Assembly (NCBI GenBank): GCA_051362555.1
Contig: CM120640.1
Coordinates: forward strand, 8,742,001 to 8,806,000
Length of the DNA stretch: 64,000 bases
Source: Lingula anatina
Lineage: Eukaryota > Animalia > Brachiopoda
Direction of reading: 5' to 3'
In this document: piece after piece, positions 1-12,800 of the stretch
How positions within the stretch are numbered: the stretch's first letter is position 1
Layout of the letters: each line of letters begins with the position of its first letter
Notes under the pieces: model-generated
Database searches by the model: none
The model's input: the letters and a program-made list of their open reading frames with translations, nothing else
What the model was told of the DNA's origin: nothing
Program-made: the position numbers and the translations under genes

Positions 1-188
1 ATTACTTTTTTTCTTTAAACTCAACACTTATGTCATGACAATTTTAGCAGGATCTTTTTCTCACATAGTTAAGTAACATATCAAGAATATTAAAGTTAAA
101 GAAATTCTGTTAAAATCTGAGTTTCCATCAAGATGACTTTGAAGATTTAACAAATGTTCCGGTCTCTTCATCAGATGAACAGCCACAC

Positions 189-332
189 CTTTAGTGCTGC
201 AGTTTCTTCCTTGCTGGCCATGGCATGATAGGACAATACTTCCAGGGCAACACTTTGTTTAGCACTTAACTTGACAGCATTCTCATACATCTGAGTATTG
301 TGGATGCCAAGGCCGCAGAATATTGCAAATGC
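189..332 (-). CDS. Pde6: PDE coding exon 10 (GAF-B to catalytic linker helix)
   Basis: [48 protein letters not shown], 144 nt. Confidence 0.92.
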
Positions 333-3197
333 CTGTAAAATACAAAGACCCACAAAGGATGACAGAGAATTGATTAAAATGTGTATGGTTTAACATGTAG
401 CCCCCTGGGTCCATACACTTTCTCTTCTTCTCCAGTGACGCATTATGAACATCTTATCAATACCGGCAAAGCTGTATGTCAGAAAATGACTAGAGCAAAC
501 TCAATCCCCAACAAAGCAGACAAGGCAGAGCAAAGTAATGGCCTGATATTTGAAAAAGAGAATATAATGACTTATCTGATACATTGCAGATTTATTATTC
601 ATGACAATCATATCGAATGGTGCAAATGGTTCAGTAGATGAATAGACAATTATGGTAAGAGTACTAACATATTTTGAAAATCAGTATATATGCTGTAGGC
701 CAACATTGGACTTTCACGTGGTTTACTAATAAAGATTTGGCAGTTTGCAGTGAAATGTAATTGTTATTCTATATTTTACAAATACTGAGCAAGGGAGCAA
801 GAAAAAATAGGCCTCAGGGAATATTGCCTGAAAGGCCAATTTGAAAGTAGTTTGGTCTGGCAAATATCAGGATTAAGCAAAAGACAGTGTTCACATCAAT
901 TATTCAAGAGACTTATCACTATACTGAATCACAGATACATCTGCTAAATGACAATTTGACACCATATTTTTATGGTTTGACTAAAATAAGATGAGTTTTT
1001 ACTTACCTCAAACATATTCATATCACGTTCATAAAAGGGATGTTTGTTCATTTTATTCATTAACTGTGTGATGCCTATTATGCAGTGTTGGCTGTTATAA
1101 ATCGGCATGCAAAGCATATTCTGGAGCTGGAAACCATCTTCTTCTTCTTCAGTACCCTGGTGTTCAAAAAGATAAATGTTGAAACAGTTTAAAACGATAT
1201 TTGAGTTAGTGAAACTCTGGAAATATCTGCAAAACAAAGCTTTAACCTCTTGATGCAGAAGTTTATGTTGTTCACAATACTTAATTACTACGCTTCATTC
1301 AAATAGCCATATGCCAAAAAAATGCATGCAGGTATAACACAATTCTCACACTTTTAGATAAGCAAAATGAATTATAACAGATTGAATCCAAATGTATCCT
1401 AACAGATAACATCTGGATGAACCCAGAAACAATCCTGCTGAAGCTGACAAATGCTCAAACAACCTATCTCAGTTTAAATATTAAGGGGAAAAAACATGTG
1501 CACTGAATATACCCACACCTGTAATGAAGTCTAAATATGCTTCCAAGAAGTTTGAAGGAAAAGAGATTTGCCTTCTTTACGCTTTTTGGTAAAAGGGTTG
1601 TAATGCACAAATAATTGAAAAACAAGATTGAAAATATTTAAATAATTATTGAAAAAATATCATGAATAATCCAATCACATCTATTTTAATACTGTAGTAC
1701 CTGTACACATTCATTCATCTGACACGAAAATAACTCATTACCTTCTTCATAAAAATTAAAAAAGTAAAGTTCAGATCTTGTATACTGCATTCTATGTGTC
1801 TCAGCAAGATAAACAAGATGCTGGGAATTTTTGGCCTGGGCCTCCCTGGGAGGATACAGCCTAGCTGTCATTACGAGGTACTGAATGCTAGCATAATACC
1901 ATGAGTATCTCTACAAAGTTTTATTACTTCACAAATATTTCCATCTTTCAGAAAGGGACAATATTTGAAGTTAAGATCAAGACCTTGGGGTGAGAGCACA
2001 GAATCTGAACTACTGTTTATTTTGATTAGCAACGAAAATGGAAAAACAAATACATGCTACTGTAGACAGAAAATGGGCTTCAAAAATATTTTATTTATGA
2101 GATCCATCAATATATGGAACATTCTGATGCCAAAGCATTGCAGCCAAACATAATCACCACCCAATTTCAAGTATACCATGACAAACATCACTATCTGACA
2201 CTACACATTTTTAATGCAAAATACTATAGACAAAATTGAACAGGATGCAATCTAATTATGGATTAATAGCTAACAACTGTGTTTAATCATCAGTATGACA
2301 GGGACAAATATCAGGGACATATATGGTTCTACTGTCATGTATAATAAATGCTTTTTTAACACACATGACACTGTATTCCCCTACTCCTATCCATCATTCC
2401 ACTATCAGATAATTTTCCAAACAAAAAACTTAGTGGATAAAATCTAAAAATGAGTTTTGGAACAGCTGCAGCAAAGCAGCTATAAATTTGGCAGTATATT
2501 AATGGAAAAAGAGATAATGTCCAGACATTTAGTCTGATAAGGCAGAATAAAAATTACTGTGCACAGAACATCGACAAGAGAGGCAACTGGGAAAATAATG
2601 AAAGGATTAAATATAGATACCAAACACTGCCTATACAAGTATGTTAACATATTGTGCTAAATTAACAGGCAATTTCATTGGACTTGCTTTTCAAGTTATT
2701 TTTTCTAATAGAACACACATATATGAACATCAAGTTAATAATTGCTGAAGGGGCAGAAGTCCATAAAATATGGTGAAATATGGCATAAAACATTGTTTGA
2801 TCCCATAGTTTATTGCAAAATTAATGATTCATGTCTTCAAATCATTAATTTTGCAATAAACTATTGATTCAAACAAAAAACACCAATATCTAAAGGCTAG
2901 GTTGAGCAACAAATTTATCTGTTTAGATTAGTTTTTTATTTAATCCAATGCATTAGCTTTATCTAGAAGCCAAACATCAGGGGCGGATCCAGAGATATTT
3001 TCTGACAGTCTTCCAAATTATCTTTGTTGATCCATCCTCCATTTTTGACTGCCTTCTGACAGAAAAAAAATAGATATCCCTCAATGTAAACTTGAACACC
3101 TTCCGGAAAACCCAGAAGACGGCCTAAATCTGCCCCTGTACATTTTTGCTTGCCAGACAAATACAAGTGTGACTTCTGACATTTAAGCATATAAATA

Positions 3198-3228
<31 letters not shown>

Positions 3229-6200
3229 CTGTGAGACTAGTGTAACAGATCTATTTGCACCTATTACAACAGAGGAAGTTTGGAGTAAAATAACAATGCA
3301 ATCCACATGCATGTAATCTACGAGCTTCAGTATGAACACACAACAAATCAACAGCCAGCGCAATACCAGTACTTACTTCCTGACGACTGAATCTTGTATC
3401 GCTTTGAACATCAGAGATGTTAAGTGTCTGAAAAAAAAATAGACATATGATAGCCGTAAACATGCACTGTATTCATGAGTAAAGGAAAAAGCAACAATTG
3501 TATATTTAGGAACAGATACTGTTAATTATTAACATCAGAGATGTTAATGTATATATACATTTATAAAATCTTATCACAGGGACAAACTGTTCTGCACCAA
3601 ACTTCATTCAGTGCATACATGGGTAAAGCAAATTTTTATTACATAATTTACACAGGGTCTTGACCATAATGCAAATGAGTATTGGCACAACTGTCATTTG
3701 GAACTATTTGATATGTAATACATGTATAATGTTCACATATGGGGAAGGCATACTCTACAGAGGCATTTCCACTGAAGTTTTGAAGGTTTTGACCAGCAGC
3801 TGGATGGTGGGCTGCAGTTTCAAAGTGTTCTGGTGACATACAGCATGAAAGTACATTGCAAAATATGACCATAACTTATAATGACAGGCTCTGGTTGTAT
3901 TGTATTATCGAATGGTTTGGTTTTCCAATGCCATCTCAGCAGAGTTCAAACTTTCTTTGACAGATATCCTTTGATCCTACACAAAAGCAATTAATGCACA
4001 GATCAAATGCAATATCTTCCTTTAATTGCTGCTGCAACTATTAGAGCAAGCTTTTATGTCAAAACGTGGGATAAAAAAAAAGACTAATCCAGGAAATAGT
4101 TATCACTGAAAATTGACAGCAGTCCAGGGATGTCAAGTGGGTTATAACATGACTGACAGTGAAACCAGTATTATTGCATTTGATTGGTTTCAATCTCATT
4201 TCTTAATGATGTATGATGTGCATGTCAAGGGATGCCTGACAAAAATACTCATATGTTCTGTTGTCTACTTTCTTTTTTTACTTTCAGTGCTGCAAATCAA
4301 TTTTATAAACTATATGTAACAGATGGATGTTGGTAACAGCTGCACAAATTATATTAAATTATACATTTTTTTCTATTTAATATTTATTAAGTTACTTTTT
4401 TTGATGAAGACAAAAATCTTCTATATAATTCATTCCATTATACACATCTAATTGTAAAATGTATACATGTCAATAAAGCACATTTTCTCATAAAAATGTG
4501 AAACAGAAAGTTTGATAAAGTCACTAATGTCATTTTTAGGCATACAAAAGAGGTAAGATTTAGGTCATAATTTTTAATATTATGCAACAAATTTTAACCT
4601 GCTCAATTGGCAAAAATGATGTGCTTGACTTTTTATATATTTTCTGTTTCAAAAACATACCTCATGTGTTGAGGCCACATAACGTGCTATTTCTGCATTT
4701 TTAGAATTCACCAAATCTTTCTCGCTGAAATAAAACATACAGTAAATTATTTAACACAAGACATAAAACATTATTTTTGCTAAATGTAAAATCATATTAA
4801 TGATGTGCTGACCATTCAAAAATTAATTTACATCAAATATATAAAATACAGCAGAGCATTAAACAAATCCTTTAAATATGCACAGATGCCACATGTTTAA
4901 ATCATTACCTGAGTAATCGAATAGTCCCTTTGTCTTTCATGAACAAATCAAATGCCTTGGCAAAAACAATATCCTAGAAGATAAAAAATTAAGCCAGCAT
5001 ATTGAATCTTTTCAAATGAACATTAAGACTGTTAATATTCAGAGTAAAGATAAATACCTGGAACCACTACTGCATCCATGTGCAAAGCACCATCCTGTAC
5101 GTAATTTTAGATATATGCCTCTCGTATACCTACACCTATCTATGTCTAGATGATCACGCAATACATTGTAATGTTTACCACTGACAACTCAACATAATTG
5201 TAACTGTCTGGCATGTTGACTTCAGAATACCTTAGTACAGACAAGAAATAGTAGCTAAAAGTTGAACCACATAAAAAAGTTTTAAAAGATTTGTCATTTT
5301 ATGAAAATAAAAATGGCATTTTTGTCATCTCTCTCTCTCTCTGAATCATATAAAACTTTGCTTTAAATTTGCAAACAATTTGCAACTTACCACTATAATC
5401 ATCATAAGTCTTCTCAAATATTTGATTTTGATGGTCAGTTACATCTGACATTTTATAGACTATAATAACAGAAAATGGCCTCTTGGATATGTACTAAACC
5501 TGAGATTAACAGAAGATTTAGTAAGCCTTACAAATGTTATGACACTTAACAACTGATATGGCTTCCTAGACAATCAGTGATGGGTAAATCTATCTTAGGC
5601 AAAAGATAAAAGAGGTCTTTGTAGCAGGAAATTATTTTGCTTGTTAGGTTTGCCTGCGTCACTGTGATAATTTGTTTCATGTAAGTACTCTATCTGGAAA
5701 TGAAGTTGTCAAAAAAAAAAGTCACATCTCTGTTCAATTGAAAAAAAAAATGATCGTATCAGCAGACATTCACAATCTTACAAACTCACAGAATCACACA
5801 TATGTATATGGTCAAATACATACACCTTTGCTTACATTAAAATAGGTGTACACAGCATTTTGAGTGCTTGTATGTTGCTTCTTGCCAATTACGGGTGAAA
5901 ATAATGTTTAATGGATCTAGCACATTTTTCACAAAAGTCTGTGAGCTGACAAAGGCAAACAGACCTAGCTACCATCTTAAAGCCAGTGTTCTTATGGGAC
6001 CCAAGGCCAAAATTATCCTTTCAGGATACTAAAAAAAACATATTCAATTTTTTTCAGAAAATTAAAGCCAATTTTAGCATTTTACCTTGCATGAGTATTC
6101 AACTTTTGAAATTTCTTATTATCAAAAAAAAATGTGACATACCGGCATGCTATCTGAAATGAAAACTGAGAGATTTGTGTTTAAAAAAAGATTCTCATAA

Positions 6201-9200
6201 TATCTTGTGTCTTATTAGCAAAACATTAAAAAAATTTGCAACCAATGAATGGTTACTCTCTGATCATAAGGTCTGCTAGTAGTCTGTTACAACATAATTG
6301 TATCAGACCCTATGGGAACTGAGGTGATCAACAGGAACACGCTCCTCGCCAGTCATACCCTTAGCATTTATTTGTCAATGGGGACGATTTCACACCTAAA
6401 TGTTGAGTGCTGCATATCCCTGTCTATGTTACATAATGCAAATCAAACATGGTCTCAGTTTTACTCCAGATGCTCATCTTAGTGATTACACCCAACCCCA
6501 AATTTATCTTCCTCTGCTGCTGAGCCACCATTTAAGGGGTGGGTATGGATAGGTCTTTAAATGTACATAAAAGCAGATGTATTGATTGGGTGAGTTCCCA
6601 CAGGGGACCATACTTTAATTTTGTATGCTATTTTAGGGGCCATTCAGAATGAGGAAAGCCAAGTGTTAGTTGGTCCACGGCCTAAATATGGCAGACCTAC
6701 ATGAAAGGAGGCATGTGAGAAGCAGAGAGACCATTACAGGATAAGCGGTCTTCCTTTCATGTAGGTCCACCATATTTAGGCAGTGGACCAGCTAGCACTC
6801 AGCTCTTCTCATTCTGAATGGCCCCTTAGAGGCCCTGATCTCAGAGGGTATTGTATGGTAAGTTATCAAGGATATAACTATCTCTAGTTGGTCATTCTGT
6901 GATGATGAGTGGTCAGTGAGTTGACCATTAAGAAGCAAATTATGAGAAGAATATTCAATCAAGACAGTGGTGTTCAGTCCTCCTGGGACTGGTCACTTGG
7001 GTTAGTCCTGCTGTCCCTTCTGCTGGTCAAAAAGCATTTTTATGCCTCTTCCATCCTTCCACACAACACACATTACATTACATATTTACATATTTATGAC
7101 AGCATGAACACAAGATATTAAGGCAATTTGGCCTACCCAGGGTGCTTTTATTCAATGCAAATCCCTTATAAATAATTACTTTAAAACTACAGCAATTGCT
7201 CCATTATGCAAACCAAAATAAGCACTTAACACATTATAACTAGAGGATCAGAGAGGCGATACCGCCTCCTGATATTGTACCACCAGCTGGGGTAAGCACA
7301 TTTGTATGGGAAAGAAAAAGAAAGTGGGGCCCCACCTGTATGGTTGTGGGTGACAAGCTGCAGGAAATGTAGTAAACAAGGTGTTTTTTTTTTTTTTTTT
7401 TTTTTTCAGTTTTGGCATCTAATGGCTGCTTTTCCCATGAAAATGCACCTATTGACCCCGAACTTCCACACATTAAAGCAGTCTGCAATTGTAACCCCTC
7501 AGTATAATATGAGAGCTAAGGTCTGCTTAGTTTCTGAACATTGGCACAAACAAATATCTTTTTGCAGAAATTCCCTTTTTTGCGATCTAGGAGGATAATT
7601 GGTAATGGTGCCTTTTATCCCACGCCACCCTGCGGAGCCGTACGATATGGGTTGGTACTAAAACCACGAATACCCCCAGCTTACACACTGGTGGTACTAA
7701 CTATGGGCATATCTTTGCCAGTTTTGAAAGTATAAGCACTGAAAAAAGTTGCAAAGTTCAGTCCTAGGTGAAAAGAAGGTCAAAGGTCAATTTCAAGGTC
7801 ACAGTTAAATTGCAAGTATATGACTTCCTATTCAACTTCAATAGTAACTATTGACCCAACTCTCCTAGTTTTGGGGATATAAGAAACTAAATTTTTTCAA
7901 ACTTCAGTTAATGGTGAAAAGTAGGAATGTACTTTTTGATACAGCATAACTCGTGAACCGTATGGAAAACAAAAAAACGGAGACCACCTCCAGTGTTGGG
8001 CTTGACATGCTCTATCAAATGCAAAAAACAAGAGGTCTCTAGCATTAACGACTCCAGAATTAGAGAGAGTTTTATGTTTCAGCATCTAATGGCCGCTGCT
8101 CCCGTGAAAATGCATCGATTGACTCGAAACTCACAGAGATTAAAGATAACCTGAAGGGTAACAACTACCAAAAATATTAGAGGTAAGGTCTGCGTAGTTT
8201 CTGAATATCAGCACAAATAATTTTTTTTTCGTAAAAAATTCCCTTTTTTTGAAAATTTTGGCCTGTTTGACCTTGAAATAAAGGTCAAAGGTCAAATCCA
8301 AGGGCATATTTGGAATCCTCATATGTGACTTTCGGTCAGACTTCTATATTAATTTTTCCCATAATTCCTTCAGTTTGGGAGATATATAGCATTGAATTTT
8401 CAAAAATTTTGACAAGGGTGCATTTCAACGAGCGTCATGCCCAGGCAATTGCACCGATCGAGACAAAAAAACCAGGGGGTTCAAGTTGAGATTATAATTG
8501 ACCTAAATCCAAGAGATGGGGACACAGGCCCATGCAGTCTAGGAGGAGAAGCGGTAACGGTGACTTGTATCCCACGCCACCCTGCGGAGCCGGCGGAGCC
8601 GTACGATACGGGTCGGGACTAAAACCATGAGTACCGCCAGCGTACACGCTGGTGGTACTAATTAACAATCAAGTTATGAGATGCAATGCTGATTGTTGCA
8701 TATTTGAACAAATAATGTAAACAATATAAAATTGCAATAAGTATATTTTTCTTCTACAGCCTTTCAAAACATATAGCCAACTATATTTCTGTTCCAATTG
8801 CAAATTGCAAAGACCCAGCTTATCATTTCAGAAATATAGATCACAAGCCCATATAAATGTTCTAATTGTAGGTGACGGCACCCTACCTTGCATATTTTAT
8901 AAGCATCTATTCAAAATAGTTGTTTGGGCATCAGAACTAATTTAGAAAAGATAAAATTGACAAAATTCTTTCAACTTAACAGAGGATTTGAAATCCTACC
9001 TTAATTTTGCAATGGGGGACCAGTGAACTCTAGTCAACATACTATCATTCTATTTCTTTGCGTGGACAATACTTAATATAATGACAACCCGGCACAGCTA
9101 GCACACTACATCTACAAATGTACCTAGGGTATTAAGTCTTTTCAAAAGTTAAATGCACGTTTTGAAAATTAAACAATAATTATGTAATTAGAATAGAAAA

Positions 9201-9787
9201 AAGTAAAAAAGTAAAATTCATATGTTCGTAGGAGTTCGTGCTTGTTCATGATGCCAGAAAGCAACTCCATACACAAATTGAGTTTTATTTGTTAATTAAT
9301 ACTGTGCACATGGGTATAAAAATATAGAAAAAATTACTGAGATTTACCAGCCAATATTTTGGATGCTAACAGGAAAATGAGGGCTGTGATAAGTATTACC
9401 ACCTATCACTCCTCAGGTGTGCTGGTTCAGTCAGGTGTCCTCTTCCTTTGCCCACCCCCCACCTCCCCTCCCTGAAGAGTGAAATGCAGAAGCTGGGTTA
9501 CAAAGCTCAGTTCTATCATTTCTATTGAGTTCCCTTCCATGTGTGCTGTAGTTTCAAGAACTTCAATGTGAGAGTCACAGGTTTACTTGTCCAATATATT
9601 GTGTTTTCAGTTATAAACTGTTAGCAGACAAAATACTGGCTAGTAAATTATAGTTAACTTTTTTTCTGTAGCTTTTGACAAATGAAACTATTTTTGTAGT
9701 TTTAACACATAACTTAATTATGAACTATTCCAACAAGCTGCTTTATGTTTGGTATTGGAGCATAAAGTTTGCTACATATATATCCCC

Positions 9788-9835
<48 letters not shown>

Positions 9836-12800
9836 AGTGAACATATATGATCTTCATATCAAAACTGATAATTTAAGCGATCCTCTTCTTCGCAAGTTAG
9901 CATCAATGTCCTCTAATTTACTTTCCATTTAACTGACATGAAGCTTTTTTTAGTACACATTTACACCATTGGGAACACGGACTTGTCCTTCACCCACAAA
10001 TACGTACAATACACTTGTGTATTGAAGCAAGGGAATTTCTTAGGGGTTACAAATGACCTACTCCACACCTCTTGTCCATTGGGGATACACGTATGCCTAA
10101 CCATATCATACAGCCACTATATCATTTGTCTACAGAATGACTATACCCTTCAACGGCTTACTACCAGTCTCAAGCATTTCATTGAAATTTCTTCAAGGCG
10201 TGGGAGTAAGGATGTAACAAAAAATCTTACAGCTGTGGTAAAACAAATGAAGAAAAATTGTATTGGGTTCTCTTATGTACGCTTGGGAAAAATGACCATT
10301 AAAAGTTAAATGAAGAAAATATCTAAGTGTAGATGAAACATGCATCATTAAGTCACTAATCTCTAATTTCTGAAGGTTCTGACAACTGCAAAGTACCATT
10401 CATTTTTTCATGTGTAGTCACGAGTGAATCATGAGCCATTCCCCTAGTATAGTACACTTGTTGCGGTAAGATTTTTTTGTGTATAAGCATGTGCATGTAA
10501 TAATTAATTAGTGCAAGTATGCAATTTTCACATATATGTACCCTTATAAGGATTTCTACAATATTCTTAACCCTAACAAAAATAATATATCACACAGTTA
10601 AGTACTACTACATGTGTCAATCATTTGGATTGCTATTTTGATTACCTGGTAAATTTGATAAAGTGAATTAGCAAAGTCTTACTTGAGATTGACCAAAATA
10701 TATTGGTCATAACTGAGACAACTGAATCTAATGTACTAATTGGGATGCAGGACTTTAAAATTCTATATTGTCATATTCATTGTTATTTCTGTTTAAACAC
10801 CTGTTTTCTCTAAGGGCGCATTCTGATTCATACATTGTAATATATCTGGGTCAGTCCAAATCTGCAGGGGATTCTTGATAAAGTGCAATCAGTGGAATCA
10901 GCTTAATCAACACACAATAGTGAATTACCCCCGAGCTGCTCGAAGAGACAATTAAGCTGATTCCACTGATTGCACTTTGGCAAGAATCTCCTTAGAGTTG
11001 GCCTGCACCAGCTAGTAAGATGAGTGAATCTGAAGCAATCTTAGATCAGGTAGTCTATCTGGTTTCAGTGGTCATGCAGTGAAAGCAAACCTGACATCAG
11101 TATAATTGTTGCTGATGTTGCATGCAAGTCTGCAAAGACCATGGTGAACTTGAGGCTTAATTGTACCACCAGCGTTAGCGCTGGCGGTACACATGGTTTC
11201 GGTCCCGTCCGGATCGTTCCGCCGGCTCCGCCGGCTCCGCCGGACGGCTACCGTTACCGCTTCTCCTCCTAGACCGTAAGGGCCCCCGTACCCATCTCAT
11301 AGATTTAGGTCACCTATAATCTCAACTCGTTCCACGTAAAATTTGGGCTTTGTCGGTATTGGGGTCTGGGTGTGGCACTCATTACAATGCACCCTTGTCT
11401 AAAAATGGCAAAATTAAATGCTAATTATCTACCCTACGGAAAGAGTTATGGGAAAAATTTCTATAGACGGCTTTCCAAAAGTCATATGTGTAGATTTCAA
11501 ATATACCCTTGGATTTGACCTTTGACCTTTACTTCAAGGTCAAATGGGCCAAAATTTTCAAAAAAATGAAATTTTTTACCGAAAAAATTTTTTTTGCCCT
11601 GTTATTCAGACACTACACAGACTTAACCAATAATATTATTGGAAAGTGTTACCCTTCAGGTCATCTTTCATCTCCATGAATTTGGGGTCAATCGGTGCAT
11701 TTTCACGGGAGTAGCGGCCATAAGATTCCAAAACTGAAAACTGTCTCTAATTCGGGAACCGTTAATGCTAGAGACCCATTCTTTTTTGCATTTTGTAGAG
11801 CATGTAAAGCCCAACACTGGCGGTGGTCTCGGTTTTTTTGTATTCCATACGGTTTTCGAGTTACGCTGTATCAAAAAGTACATATTGGTGGTAAAAGCAA
11901 AATGTGCAGTACGGTAATGGATAATAAATTTTGAACTCTGGAAAAATAAAACAAAAGGCTTGGCAAAGCAGACAACTTGTGTTCAAAAATGACATTAATT
12001 CATCAAATTTGAACTTCTGAAACTTCAGAGCACCTCCTATTTCAAGAATTTTGACCAAAATGACATTTTCTTTATTTTAATTAATTTTTTCTGTACGAAA
12101 TTTAAGGCACATTATGGTAACTCCAAAATTATAACATTTAGTCCCTTATATCTCCAAAACTGGCAGAGATAGGTCCATAGTTACTATTGAAGTTGAATAG
12201 GAAGTCATATACTGGCAATCTATATGTGACCTTAAAATTGACCTTTGACCTACTTTTCACCATGAACTGAACTTTGCAAATTTTGCTTTCCTTTTATCTC
12301 CAAAACTGGCAGAGATAGGTCCATAGTTACTATTGAATTTGAATAGGAAGTCATATACTGGCAATCTAAATGTGACCTTAAAATTGACCTTTGACCTACT
12401 TTTCACCATGAACTGAACTTTGCAAATTTTGCTTTCCTTTTATCTCCAAAACTGGCTGAGATAGGTCCGTAGTTAGTATTGAACTTGAATAGAAAGTCAT
12501 ATACTGGCAATCTAAATGTGACCTTGAAATTGACCTTTGACCTACTTTTCAGCATGAACTGAACTTTGCAAATTTTGCTTCCCTTTTATCTCCAAAACTG
12601 GCAGAGATAGGTCCATAGTTACTATTGAACTAGAATAGGAAGTCATATACTGGCAATATAAATGTGACCTTAAAATTGACCTTTGACCTACTTTTCACCA
12701 TGAACTGAACTTTGCAAATTTTGCTTCCCTTTTATCTCCAAAACTGGCAGAGATAGGTCCATAGTTACTATTGAACTTGAATAGGAAGTCATATACTGGC

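Noticed and set aside
9000-9029. Possible extra 30-nt phase-0 PDE exon ([10 protein letters not shown])
   Set aside because: The donor is good but the acceptor is purine-rich and weak, and there is no homology support.
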